From: a virus
Reading direction: 5' to 3' (one strand)
Virus record (IMG/VR): IMGVR_UViG_3300020469_003886
Span: 28,103-92,102 of that record
Length of the DNA: 64,000 nt
The notes under the pieces are model-generated. The model had not been told where the DNA came from, searched no databases, and saw only the letters and a list, made by a program, of their open reading frames with translations. The position numbers and the translations under genes are program-made. Shown here in pieces: positions 19,301 to 29,454 of the stretch; position 1 is the stretch's first letter, and each line of letters begins with the position of its first letter.

Positions 19301-20558
19301 ATAATTCTGTTAGTTGTGGTACAACATTTTTAATATTTGTATTTCTTATACTATCTAGTTTGTTGGTAAACCATAAAAATTCTTTTAAATGTCTTTGCTG
19401 TTGGTCTTGTGTAAAGTGTTTACTGTTCGCTAAATTACTTATCAAATCACCAAATCCTATATCACCTTGCCCTATTGGTTCTCCAGGTGGGAAATAATCA
19501 CCAATTGGTAAATCAGCATTTTTTAATATTTCGTGAGCTTGTAATCTATATTTTTCTGGCAATACATGAATGTTCAAGTATCGAGGATTTGCTACAATAT
19601 TTCTAAAATAAATTTCGTCATGTGGTTTTCTATTCTTAATATACCATTTCCAAATATTAACAAGATCAAAAATATTATAAACCTGTACTGTTACTGTGTA
19701 TATTAAAGTTGTATTTGCTAACCTATTAAAAAAGTTTTTAATATTATTTTCTAATTGGTCAATATCAAAACTATCCCCGCCACGTATATACTCATAAAGT
19801 TTACCTGTACCTTCAATACTCACATGAAACTTTACTGCTTTAAATTCGTTTGTAATATGTTTTAATCTTTCATTTATAACTGTTCCGTTTGTGTTGATAT
19901 CCAAAGTAACATTCTTAGCAATTCCCCATTCTATAAATTTTTCCATGATCTGATAATTTTGGTCTTCCATCAACGGCTCGCCGCCAGTTAATTTTAAAAC
20001 TTCTAAATTTAAAAAATAATTTTTGTTTTCTAATAAATTTTCAATAATACTGAATTCTAATTTAAAATATTCGCCCTTGTCTCTGTCAGGCATCCAATCT
20101 GGTTTGTTTGATGCTAGTTTAACTTCATCTTTTATCCATGAACTAGAAACTGGTCCGCAACACATACGACATTTAAGATTACACTTGTTTGATGAATTAA
20201 TTTCTAAATATAATATATCTGGTAGTGCATTAGGATCGTATGACGTTTGTTTTGCTATTTCAGGATCTATATTGTTATAAAAATATAGTCTACGAGAATA
20301 ACCTGAAGAAGTTTCTTTTAAAATACATTGTTGACACACAGGATTATCTGTTTTTCCATTACTCCAGTCTGATCTTAACTTGACTGCTATATCATTGCTC
20401 CACATCTGTGATAACGTGTTTTTATATAAATTACCATATGGAAACCTAGCCACAGCATCAGCATACACATTGCCTTCCCAGTTAATGGTTAAACTGTGCC
20501 ACGGTGCTAGACATTTTTTGTCTATTTCTTTATGCCAATTCCAATCACGCTGTGCCAT
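19275..20558 (-). CDS. Radical SAM protein with N-terminal SPASM-like domain
   Basis: CLAPW..GNL..CQQC; CNLKCRMC; TGGEPL; NTNG. Confidence 0.9.
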   Translation of the reverse strand: MAQRDWNWHKEIDKKCLAPWHSLTINWEGNVYADAVARFPYGNLYKNTLSQMWSNDIAVKLRSDWSNGKTDNPVCQQCILKETSSGYSRRLYFYNNIDPEIAKQTSYDPNALPDILYLEINSSNKCNLKCRMCCGPVSSSWIKDEVKLASNKPDWMPDRDKGEYFKLEFSIIENLLENKNYFLNLEVLKLTGGEPLMEDQNYQIMEKFIEWGIAKNVTLDINTNGTVINERLKHITNEFKAVKFHVSIEGTGKLYEYIRGGDSFDIDQLENNIKNFFNRLANTTLIYTVTVQVYNIFDLVNIWKWYIKNRKPHDEIYFRNIVANPRYLNIHVLPEKYRLQAHEILKNADLPIGDYFPPGEPIGQGDIGFGDLISNLANSKHFTQDQQQRHLKEFLWFTNKLDSIRNTNIKNVVPQLTELFEGTYETV

Positions 20559-20559
20559 A

Positions 20560-21645
20560 TTAAAAATAATTTTCTTGCTTACCTTTACGTCTTACATCAG
20601 ATGTTAAACAATGAATACCACCATCCCAAAAATACTGATGCCTAAACTTCCAATATATTGGTGTAACACCTTTGCTTTCTAATTGTTTAAATACTTCTTT
20701 ATCTGCACCTGTACAAATAACTTTATCTTCTGATAAACTTAATGTGTTTACATCAAACACCGTTTCGTCTACATATCCAATCCAATGTGACAACCAACGT
20801 TCAATGTATTCTTTATAAAATCTTTGCTTACGTGTGTTTTTAAAATCTTCTGGAAACTTTGTGCCTTTGCCACCAACAACAATACAATCCCATGATTTAA
20901 GTTTTTCTGGTAACCAATCTTTTTTCCATGTCATTAATAGTCCTGGTTTGAGCAATGCAATCTTTCCATCGACATGTCCACCTACAGGAACTTCATTAAA
21001 TGTAAACTCAGGCAATTGCTGTTTATACCAGTGTAAACCTTGTTCAGTGCCTTTGCCTTTTTCAGGGTCTTTTTGATTTGATTGCGAATGAAATATGTCT
21101 TTACCACATTTGATTAAATTTGCTGAATGAAATAATATTTCGCCATGCCTCCAATAATCGTGATAGGTTTTTTGATTGAGTTGAGGTTGTGGCATAGATA
21201 TCCACTCTGCACCATACGTATGATATTCTTTTAATATATCTCTTGAACACAGTGTTTCTAAATATCTTGAAGTATCTTTTGTGTATGCTTCAATAATCTT
21301 ATTGCCAAAGAATCCAATTAAATCCCTTGGTTGTAATGGTTGATTAATCCAATCAATTTCAAACTCGCCTACTGTATATTTTTGCAAAGGGTTATGTAAA
21401 GGTGTTGGTCTTTGTACAATTATGCTTTCTTTTTTTAATATATCAACTAATACTTCTAAATCTTCTGCTGTTTCTGTTAATACTTTTTTTAATAAGTCTT
21501 TTGCTTCTTGACTAAACTGGTCACTTGAATCAAAAGTATTAGGGTCATATGCTGTTCCTACAATCACTTCTTCGAGTGGTTGAAACTCTGTATATGAACT
21601 TACTAAAGATTTATCACTAAAAAAACTGCTGTAATCATTTACCAT
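20560..21645 (-). CDS. Amidinotransferase (pentein family; glycine/inosamine-phosphate type)
   Basis: EFQPLEEVIVG, PRD, HVDG, FDVN, GGIHCLT (Asp-His-Cys triad). Confidence 0.88.
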   Translation of the reverse strand: MVNDYSSFFSDKSLVSSYTEFQPLEEVIVGTAYDPNTFDSSDQFSQEAKDLLKKVLTETAEDLEVLVDILKKESIIVQRPTPLHNPLQKYTVGEFEIDWINQPLQPRDLIGFFGNKIIEAYTKDTSRYLETLCSRDILKEYHTYGAEWISMPQPQLNQKTYHDYWRHGEILFHSANLIKCGKDIFHSQSNQKDPEKGKGTEQGLHWYKQQLPEFTFNEVPVGGHVDGKIALLKPGLLMTWKKDWLPEKLKSWDCIVVGGKGTKFPEDFKNTRKQRFYKEYIERWLSHWIGYVDETVFDVNTLSLSEDKVICTGADKEVFKQLESKGVTPIYWKFRHQYFWDGGIHCLTSDVRRKGKQENYF

Positions 21646-21647
21646 TA

Positions 21648-22208
21648 TTAAACTCCATCTATATCATATTTGCTATCATGATATCTTCTTTTTACTATTG
21701 CATCATAATATCTCTTGTCCCAATTATCATAGTATTTTGTGCTTCTATGAATCCATTCTGATTTTTCATTTAAGTCTGAAAGTACTTGTATTTGTATAAT
21801 TGCTAAACCTTTATTACCAGAACCTAACCCAGGAATAAGTTTATCAGTATTTTTTTCAACTCCTACAGATCCTTGCTTTTCTTCAGACTTGTATGATGTG
21901 TAAATGTATAAATCATCAGCAACTGCTGTTGGTTGATTATCATTTTCCCATTCTTCAAGTTCTGTTAAAGAATAGTCTTTTGGATCACCAATACATAATA
22001 CCAACTGCTTATCTTTAGGATAATTTTTAATAACATCATCTGCAATTTTAAACATATCTTTTTTTACCCATCTAACTTCAACTTCATTACGTCTAAATCC
22101 CATTTTTGCAAATGGACAAATAGCCATACCATTAAGCTCTGGTCTTGGTTTAGTGACATGTTCTTTCATGTCTTCCCATTTTTTTTCTAAATCAGATTGT
22201 TCCGCCAT
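21648..22208 (-). CDS. Hypothetical protein with CPFA motif (DUF1415-like)
   Basis: LNGMAICPFAK; C-terminal YY.NW. Confidence 0.5.
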   Translation of the reverse strand: MAEQSDLEKKWEDMKEHVTKPRPELNGMAICPFAKMGFRRNEVEVRWVKKDMFKIADDVIKNYPKDKQLVLCIGDPKDYSLTELEEWENDNQPTAVADDLYIYTSYKSEEKQGSVGVEKNTDKLIPGLGSGNKGLAIIQIQVLSDLNEKSEWIHRSTKYYDNWDKRYYDAIVKRRYHDSKYDIDGV

Positions 22209-23661
22209 GCTCTAATTCTTTTTCTAACTTGGCACTAATTTTTTCTCCAAGTTCGGATTGTTTTGCATTGTCTTTTGTTTCGTCAAGTAATCCAGCCATT
22301 TCAGGAAATACTTTGGTAAAATCAGTTCCTCGTTGTTTATCAAATTTTATAATGTATTCTCTAAACTGTGGCATACGTTGTGACCAGTCTTCACTCATCA
22401 TAAACTTAACCATACCTTGCAATCGTTTAATACCATAACTTGCTTCCATAAATTTTTCTTTTGACGGGGCTCCAGACATTTTCCAATTTTCTTCTAACCA
22501 TGGATAAAAATCTTCATACTTTTGTTTTACTTCATCTTTAAACCATTGTGGAAATACTTTTACATTTAATTGACCAGGCCAGTATACAAAGTGATAATTA
22601 ATCATTCCAGCACCAAAAGGCCATATGTTAATTTTTTTAAAGTTTTGTTTTAATTTCCATTTAATAAAATCTGGAACGTAATAAATGTTTAGTGCCTGTA
22701 CAGCACACGCCACAGTAACTTCAACATTGTCACCTGTGTTATCTAGCAAATGAAACTGTTTTACAGTGTGTTCCCATTCACTTGGATATCTAATATAGTC
22801 ATTCATTTCACCAATTGAATCTACTGAATAATGAAATATTACTTTTTTAAAATGACTCCATATTTCAAATAATCTTGGTGGCATTTCTAATCCATTTGAA
22901 TTATATCTTATTTCAATTTGTTTAGCATATCCACGTTTAATAACTTCTTCTAATAGTGTGTAGTGTTCTTCAATAATGGTTGATTCACCACCTGCAAAAT
23001 ATAGTTGATACATGTGTGGTATTTGTTCATACAATTGATCCCAGAACTTTGGATTATCTTTGTGCCAGTTATATGTTGCACCGTCGTTTTTTCCTTTGTT
23101 ATCCCAACCCATTGTTTGCTTTAAATCTTTATTTTCAATAGTAGGATAAACATCCAACCAATCTTTAATCCATAAAGATGAATCATGTGGCGAACACATA
23201 ATACATTTCAGATTACATTTAGATCCCATACGTAGATCTAAGTATCTAATTTTAGGAGGTATCCCACCATCTTCTGCTGTTTCACCTATAATTTCATCAA
23301 TAGAATAAATGCTGGTCCATTTGTCTGTTTCCCATTGACGTTTACTTAAATGTCCTGCCGCTTCTTCTTTGTAGCACTTTAAACATGATGCAGGCATTTC
23401 GCCATTAAGCATCTGCTTACGAACATTTTTCATATAGTCGTTGTTCCAGGCTTCCATCAAATTTGAATTGTTTAAGTTTGCAGGTTTACCACTTTCAGTT
23501 TTTAATACACCTACTTGCCCGCCGTGTTTTTTGTCATTGGTTGCTCCAACTGAACTTGCATTCGCTGTACAGCATACTCGCATGTTACCGTCTGGTCTTG
23601 TTGATAAATGCATCCAAGGCAAAGCACAAAATGTTTTTGATGGTAAGTTTTTTTCACTCAT
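22192..23661 (-). CDS. Radical SAM protein with N-terminal twitch domain
   Basis: CALPW..RVCC..CLKC; CNLKCIMC; AGGE; YNSNG. Confidence 0.9.
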   Translation of the reverse strand: MSEKNLPSKTFCALPWMHLSTRPDGNMRVCCTANASSVGATNDKKHGGQVGVLKTESGKPANLNNSNLMEAWNNDYMKNVRKQMLNGEMPASCLKCYKEEAAGHLSKRQWETDKWTSIYSIDEIIGETAEDGGIPPKIRYLDLRMGSKCNLKCIMCSPHDSSLWIKDWLDVYPTIENKDLKQTMGWDNKGKNDGATYNWHKDNPKFWDQLYEQIPHMYQLYFAGGESTIIEEHYTLLEEVIKRGYAKQIEIRYNSNGLEMPPRLFEIWSHFKKVIFHYSVDSIGEMNDYIRYPSEWEHTVKQFHLLDNTGDNVEVTVACAVQALNIYYVPDFIKWKLKQNFKKINIWPFGAGMINYHFVYWPGQLNVKVFPQWFKDEVKQKYEDFYPWLEENWKMSGAPSKEKFMEASYGIKRLQGMVKFMMSEDWSQRMPQFREYIIKFDKQRGTDFTKVFPEMAGLLDETKDNAKQSELGEKISAKLEKELEHGGTI

Positions 23662-23678
23662 TTTAAATATTTACCTTC

Positions 23679-24797
23679 CTATTGTGTAACAAAATTATCT
23701 TCAAATTGTGCTCCAAACGGATCAAATTCTGTACCGCATTTTACTGAACAAACTTTTAGTTTTCCGTCTCCGCCTGAACAAGATTTCTTTTTCCAACTTG
23801 ATTTAATGTCATTAAAAAATTCACCGTCTAATACTTTTTTAAATCCGTGCTGTAGAACTGACATCTCGTCAAGACCACCTGCGTTGTCAATAAATTTCCA
23901 AATCTGATTTTGTCCTGGCTTTTCCCACCATTTGTACATTTGTCCTGCTACCCAGCAACATGGCATCAAATGTCCTGATGCACTAACATACACATTCATG
24001 TCTTTCAATACTTTACAATTAATTCTTGCTTGATTGTAGTATTCGTCCATAGAGCCGTATTTTTCTATTAATGGATCTACTTTTTTAAGAGCTTTGTTTA
24101 CATACTTTTCGTTTGGCTTTGTTAATTTTTGTGTTTCTTTACCTTTGCGATTAACACCTTGATGTTCTTCTTTACCTTTTGCTTTCACGTTACTAAAAAA
24201 TCTACCAGTTTTTTTACTCATAAATTTTTCAAAACCCATACGTTCTGATAATGCTTCTGCTTCTTCTACTTGATGTTGATTGTGTCCAAATATTAAGTAA
24301 TCCCATCTTGCTCTACCACCAGCATCAATAAATGCCTGTGCTGAATCCATACATATATCCCAATTAACATTTTGTCTGTATAAATGATTAGTATCTTTTA
24401 ATCCATCTAAACTAAAAATTACATGACCTTTTCTTCCTATTACTCGTGCAAGTTCTCTCCACCATTCAGATTTTTTAGCACCAGCATTGGTGTTCATGCT
24501 CAACCAAATATTTGGATTTTGACTACGTAGATATTCCATTACTTCTAATGAGTCTTTAGCCACTACAGGATCTCCAAGATTTCCGCACATAAACAAACTG
24601 TCTAATTGTTTTACAAATTCAGAAGGGAAAATTTTTTTGCAATCTTCTAAAGATAGTTCATCTAAAGTTATGTTAGGATTAATGTCACCACCGTTTATAT
24701 TTCTGTCACATTGTAGGCAAGCGGCTTGGCATTTGGCCGTAATTTCTAAGTGAACTGTGCGTATATCTTCATATCTATACATATCATTTGATTCCAA
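23679..24797 (-). CDS. Radical SAM protein with C-terminal SPASM/twitch domain
   Basis: CQAACLQC, CGNLGDP, FSLDG, C..PCCW..CSVKC. Confidence 0.9.
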   Translation of the reverse strand: MESNDMYRYEDIRTVHLEITAKCQAACLQCDRNINGGDINPNITLDELSLEDCKKIFPSEFVKQLDSLFMCGNLGDPVVAKDSLEVMEYLRSQNPNIWLSMNTNAGAKKSEWWRELARVIGRKGHVIFSLDGLKDTNHLYRQNVNWDICMDSAQAFIDAGGRARWDYLIFGHNQHQVEEAEALSERMGFEKFMSKKTGRFFSNVKAKGKEEHQGVNRKGKETQKLTKPNEKYVNKALKKVDPLIEKYGSMDEYYNQARINCKVLKDMNVYVSASGHLMPCCWVAGQMYKWWEKPGQNQIWKFIDNAGGLDEMSVLQHGFKKVLDGEFFNDIKSSWKKKSCSGGDGKLKVCSVKCGTEFDPFGAQFEDNFVTQ

Positions 24798-25848
24798 TAA
24801 TCATATATCTTATGTATTTACCGAGAATTAGATGACCTCCATATAGGTGTGTTGTCATAGGTGCAATTGATTTAAAATGGTCAACATTATCTACGCAGTT
24901 AATATGTTCTGGTAATTCTTTATAATCGTTTGATTGTAAAATGCACAATTTTCCTTTAGGAATATTGTTCCACCATTCATTCCAATTTTCAATATGCTCA
25001 CAACTTGTATTGATAATAGTGTTTGGAGAATCATGCAATTCTCTTTCTGTTCCATTTGATCTTAGAGTATTAAATGTATATTCATTAAAATTAATTTTGT
25101 GTATGTCTTGCGTTGTTGCTTTAAACTGCCAATCTTTCATAACCCATGGTTTATTAATTGACTCAGCAATTTGCCAACATGTTGGATCAATATCAAAACT
25201 TCTTATTTTATCTAAATGTATTTTTTTAGATTCAAACAGCATAGTTGCTAATGTACCATACCAACCTGCACATAAAAATACAGTGCCTAGATGCATACCA
25301 ATTTTTTCAACTTCAGATACCAACCACTTTTTACTATGCAATTGTCCTCTTGCATACGCATCTTTAACATTAAGTCTTGGAAAACTTCTGATAGTTTTTG
25401 GTAATGTTGTTAATACCTCACTATCAACAAACAATCTCAATACATCAAAACTTTCACCTTTATTAATAATTGCTTTTCTAAGCATTTCCATTTTTGGATT
25501 ATTTTCAATATATTCTAATACTCTAAATATTGCATGTACATTTTTTTCAAGTACTGCTTTTCTAAATTCATCATAATGCTCATTATCTAATTCATCAATA
25601 ATTCTAAAAACTGAATGTAAATTAGATTCAATAATTGCTTTTCTAAATTCTTCAAATTTTTCTGGATTGTCAGATATAGATTGTGCCAGTCTAAATATTG
25701 ATGACAAGTCTTCATCAATTACTGCACGTCTAAGATCTTTTAACTCATCAATATTGTCATACAATAATTCAAATCTATCTAATAACTCGTGCGTCTCTAG
25801 ATGAGATTTGGATTTTGTTGAACTGTTGTCCAAGCCAGCCAAAGTCAT
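24784..25848 (-). CDS. Class I SAM-dependent methyltransferase-like protein with N-terminal tandem repeats
   Basis: LCAGWYG, SFDIDP, IINTSCEH; four ~30 aa repeats of (L/F)R(K/R)A(I/V)...(I/V)FR. Confidence 0.65.
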   Translation of the reverse strand: MTLAGLDNSSTKSKSHLETHELLDRFELLYDNIDELKDLRRAVIDEDLSSIFRLAQSISDNPEKFEEFRKAIIESNLHSVFRIIDELDNEHYDEFRKAVLEKNVHAIFRVLEYIENNPKMEMLRKAIINKGESFDVLRLFVDSEVLTTLPKTIRSFPRLNVKDAYARGQLHSKKWLVSEVEKIGMHLGTVFLCAGWYGTLATMLFESKKIHLDKIRSFDIDPTCWQIAESINKPWVMKDWQFKATTQDIHKINFNEYTFNTLRSNGTERELHDSPNTIINTSCEHIENWNEWWNNIPKGKLCILQSNDYKELPEHINCVDNVDHFKSIAPMTTHLYGGHLILGKYIRYMIIGIK

Positions 25849-26506
25849 TTATCTTACTCAATGCCTCCATATTATTTTTGTTTGTTTCACCATATTCTCT
25901 ACCAGCAATGGCCCCTGCTATAGCATATTCGCCAAAGCCTCTTTCATTACCAACAGAGCACCATATATCTAATCTCTGCTCTGTTTCTGCATCTTTTTGT
26001 TTATCAATTACTTTTGATGCCAGTTTAGTGCATTCTCTAAATGCAGATTTAAATGTATTAAAAGGATCTGTGTTAAATGCTGTTGTGTTGCTTATAGTTG
26101 GCATGGCTTTAAATGCACCTTTTTTACCTTCTTTGTTTGCAACTGATGTTGTAAAATCAATTCTCCAATCTTTTGCATCACGCAAGGATTGTGTTGGAAA
26201 CAATTTAACACCACCATATCCATACACTAAATCGTTAATAGGATTTCTACATCTCCATACATGTACACAGTGTTCATCCCATTTATCTGGTTTAAATGAA
26301 AAATCAAACTGATCTTCTAATTCTGCATCAGCATCAACTACATAAAAACTTTTTGTATATGCCAATTCTGCACAACGTTTGTGTGCTTCAAAAATTCCTT
26401 TTACTCCTTGCACTCTGCGAGCATAAGGAAATCTACTTACAAGTTTTTCCCATGTTTGATCAGCATAAGGTTCTTGGTAACTTAAATGAAATATATCTAG
26501 TGCCAT
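25775..26506 (-). CDS. Glycosyltransferase-like (GT-A, DxD) protein
   Basis: GVKGIFEAH..C, FYVVDADA, YGYGGVKLF. Confidence 0.55.
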   Translation of the reverse strand: MALDIFHLSYQEPYADQTWEKLVSRFPYARRVQGVKGIFEAHKRCAELAYTKSFYVVDADAELEDQFDFSFKPDKWDEHCVHVWRCRNPINDLVYGYGGVKLFPTQSLRDAKDWRIDFTTSVANKEGKKGAFKAMPTISNTTAFNTDPFNTFKSAFRECTKLASKVIDKQKDAETEQRLDIWCSVGNERGFGEYAIAGAIAGREYGETNKNNMEALSKINDFGWLGQQFNKIQISSRDARVIR

Positions 26507-26524
26507 ATGTTTATTATACTTGTT

Positions 26525-26725
26525 TTATTTGAAATAATCAAGAGGAAATGAATAAATTCCTAATATTTCTATGTCTGGGTGTGCTAGTTTAATTAGAACA
26601 AATTGCTCATCTGTTACAGCAATAATATTATCTGCATGATTAGGAATATATGTTCTTGGTAAACTTTTGTCTTTTGCTAACCGATTGTGTTTAGTTTGGT
26701 CTGTATATCCAACTAAGGTGTACAC
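26525..26725 (-). CDS. Hypothetical protein
   Basis: 66 aa; GTG start overlaps the clpP stop. Confidence 0.5.
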   Translation of the reverse strand: MYTLVGYTDQTKHNRLAKDKSLPRTYIPNHADNIIAVTDEQFVLIKLAHPDIEILGIYSFPLDYFK

Positions 26726-27306
26726 TACCTTTTTTCAACAATTTTATCAATTAGACCAAATTCTAATGCTTGATCTGGATTCATGTAATTATCACGTTCC
26801 ATTGCATCTTCAACTGTTTTAAGATCTTTGCCACAGTGTTTTACATACAAATCATTTAATCTTTTCTTTGTGTCTAAAATGTCTTTTGCATGAATTTCAA
26901 TATCTGTTGCTTGTCCTTGGAATCCTGCTGATGGTTGGTGTATCATTATTTTTGAATTTGGTAATGATATCCTTTTGCCGGCTGTACCTGCCATTAATAA
27001 TAATGATCCTGCACTTGCTGATAAGCCAATACTTACTGTTGAAATATCTGGTTGTACATATTGCATAGTATCATACATTGCCAATCCTGCTGTTACAGAA
27101 CCGCCTGGCGAATTAATATACATGTAGATATCCTTATCTTTAGATTCAGATTCTAAAAACAATAACTGAGCACAAACCAAACTTGATGTTGCATCATTTA
27201 TTGGACCAGTAATAAAAATAATTCTTTCTTTTAATAAACGTGAAAAAATATCATAACTTCTTTCACCTCTTGACGATTGTTCAACAACCATTGGTACTAG
27301 ATTCAT
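26725..27306 (-). CDS. clpP: ATP-dependent Clp protease proteolytic subunit
   Basis: [24 protein letters not shown] (Ser), MIHQP (His), ERD (Asp). Confidence 0.96.
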   Translation of the reverse strand: MNLVPMVVEQSSRGERSYDIFSRLLKERIIFITGPINDATSSLVCAQLLFLESESKDKDIYMYINSPGGSVTAGLAMYDTMQYVQPDISTVSIGLSASAGSLLLMAGTAGKRISLPNSKIMIHQPSAGFQGQATDIEIHAKDILDTKKRLNDLYVKHCGKDLKTVEDAMERDNYMNPDQALEFGLIDKIVEKR

Positions 27307-27316
27307 ATTCATCTCC

Positions 27317-28813
27317 TTAGACATTAAATTCAACTCCTTGTGCTAATGGCAAGTCTGTTGAGTAATTTACCGTTACTGTGCTTCTACGCATGTATTGTTT
27401 CCATGCATCTGAACCACTTTCTCTTCCACCTCCAGTGTGTTTTTCACCACCAAAGGCGCCGCCAATTTCAGCCCCACTAGGACCAATATTAACATTTACA
27501 ATACCACAATCAGATCCATTTGCTCCAATAAACAATTCTGCTTCTTGTAAATCTTTTGTAAAGATACAACTGCTTAAACCTTGTGGTACGTTATTGTTAA
27601 TTGCTATTGCTTCTGCTAGTTCATCATATGGCATGATGTAAAGCAATGGTGCAAAAGTTTCTGTTTTTGTAATTTCTTCTGCTTTAGTTAATTCAACTAT
27701 TGCTGGTGTTACATATACCCCATCACGTTCTAATTTTGTTCCGCCAGTAACAGTTCCAATACCTTGTTGCTCACATTGTGCCATTGTGTCTTTCATATTT
27801 TCATATGCTTGTTCACTAACCAAAGGTCCTACTAATGTGTTGCTGTCTAAAGGATCACCAACTGTAATTTTTGCGTAATATTTTTTAAGAATTTTTACCA
27901 ACTGTTCGTGAATTGATCTATGCACAATAACTCTACGTAATGTTGTACATCTTTGACCTGCTGTACCTACTGCACTAAACAATATAGCTCTAATTGCCAA
28001 CTTCATATCTGCATTTGGTGTAACTATCATTGCATTGTTGCCACCAAGTTCCATCAGCACTCTACCAAATCTTTCAGTAACTTGTTTACCTAATGTTTGC
28101 CCCATTGCTGTTGATCCTGTTAGTGAAACAAGATTAATATGTTTATCATTTGCTAACCATTCTGCAGGTTCGTTAGCACCTACAACAAGTTCTAATATGT
28201 TTTGTGCTTGGGGTATGCCAGAACGTTCAACTGCTTTTTTAAATATTGCCTCACAAGCATAAGATACCAAAGGTGTCTTAGGTGACGGCTTCCAAAGTGT
28301 TGTGTTACCACACACTGTTGCAATAGCAAAGTTCCAACTCCACACTGCTACAGGAAAGTTAAATGCTGAAACAACTCCAACTACTCCTAATGGATTCCAC
28401 ATCTCTTGCATACGGTGTCCTGGTCTTTCACTTGGCATTGTTAATCCGTATAACTGTCTTGATAATCCAACTGCGAAATCGCAGATATCTATCATTTCTT
28501 GTACTTCACCTAAACCTTCTTGAAATATTTTACCGTTTTCGATAGTAACTAATTTCCCAAGTTCGTTTTTGTGCTTACGAAGTTCTTCACCAAACAATCT
28601 AATTACTTCACCTCTTTGTGGTGCTGGAATTGTTCTCCATTCTATTTGTGCTTGTTTTAAATTTAGTACCTTTGCTTCATACTCTTGTTTAGTAGTATGT
28701 TTTACTGTGGCAATTTCAGTAGCATCGATTGGGGATACTACTGAGTTGCCATTTGGTACTGTATATAAGTTTTGATCTACGCCTATAGATTCTAATATTT
28801 GTTTTACATTCAT
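27317..28813 (-). CDS. ALDH7-family aldehyde dehydrogenase (aminoadipate-semialdehyde / piperideine-6-carboxylate dehydrogenase type)
   Basis: [79 protein letters not shown]. Confidence 0.92.
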   Translation of the reverse strand: MNVKQILESIGVDQNLYTVPNGNSVVSPIDATEIATVKHTTKQEYEAKVLNLKQAQIEWRTIPAPQRGEVIRLFGEELRKHKNELGKLVTIENGKIFQEGLGEVQEMIDICDFAVGLSRQLYGLTMPSERPGHRMQEMWNPLGVVGVVSAFNFPVAVWSWNFAIATVCGNTTLWKPSPKTPLVSYACEAIFKKAVERSGIPQAQNILELVVGANEPAEWLANDKHINLVSLTGSTAMGQTLGKQVTERFGRVLMELGGNNAMIVTPNADMKLAIRAILFSAVGTAGQRCTTLRRVIVHRSIHEQLVKILKKYYAKITVGDPLDSNTLVGPLVSEQAYENMKDTMAQCEQQGIGTVTGGTKLERDGVYVTPAIVELTKAEEITKTETFAPLLYIMPYDELAEAIAINNNVPQGLSSCIFTKDLQEAELFIGANGSDCGIVNVNIGPSGAEIGGAFGGEKHTGGGRESGSDAWKQYMRRSTVTVNYSTDLPLAQGVEFNV

Positions 28814-28816
28814 AAA

Positions 28817-29035
28817 TTAACTTTTAAAATATTTTTCAATAACTTCTATTTGATCATGATATTTTGCAATAACTTCTAATTCCTTTTCAATTGCTTCTAA
28901 AATATCAGGATGCTCACCTACGCCAGCCGCGTTTGATAGATAAACTTCAACGTTCATTGAATGTTTAGCAATGTGTCCTTTTGCGTGTTCTATTACTGCT
29001 TCTAACATATTTTCTCTACTATATAAACCTGCCAT
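28817..29035 (-). CDS. Conserved small hypothetical protein
   Basis: AGVGEHPDILEAIEKEL; AGGAG SD. Confidence 0.75.
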   Translation of the reverse strand: MAGLYSRENMLEAVIEHAKGHIAKHSMNVEVYLSNAAGVGEHPDILEAIEKELEVIAKYHDQIEVIEKYFKS

Positions 29036-29145
29036 TGTTTTTCTCCTATGCAATAAATGGTTTTACCTATCACACCGGACATGTAGACCTTTAAAAGTGC
29101 CTACGCCAATATAATTATTATATACTATTTATTTGAAAAGTCAAG

Positions 29146-29454
29146 TTAAATTCCTAATGCTAATCTGGCCTCTTCACTCATCATATCTTGAGAAAAAGGT
29201 GGATCAAATGTTGTTTCAATAAAACAGGAATCAACTCCTTCAACATCCATAGCCGCATGTTTGATATCTGCTACAATTTGGTCTGCCGCTGGACAAAATG
29301 CTGATGTTAATGTATGTGTGATACAAGCCTTTGGTAGTTCTGATAGATCAATATTATATATCAATCCAAGATCATAAATGTTGATAGATATTTCAGGATC
29401 ATACACTTCACGTAAGTTTTCAATAATTTTTTCTTTTGTTTGGTCTGGGGTCAT
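29146..29454 (-). CDS. DUF59/SufT (MIP18-like) Fe-S assembly protein
   Basis: VYDPEI.INIYDLGLIY, TLTSAFCP, TFDPPF..MMSEEARLALG. Confidence 0.92.
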   Translation of the reverse strand: MTPDQTKEKIIENLREVYDPEISINIYDLGLIYNIDLSELPKACITHTLTSAFCPAADQIVADIKHAAMDVEGVDSCFIETTFDPPFSQDMMSEEARLALGI

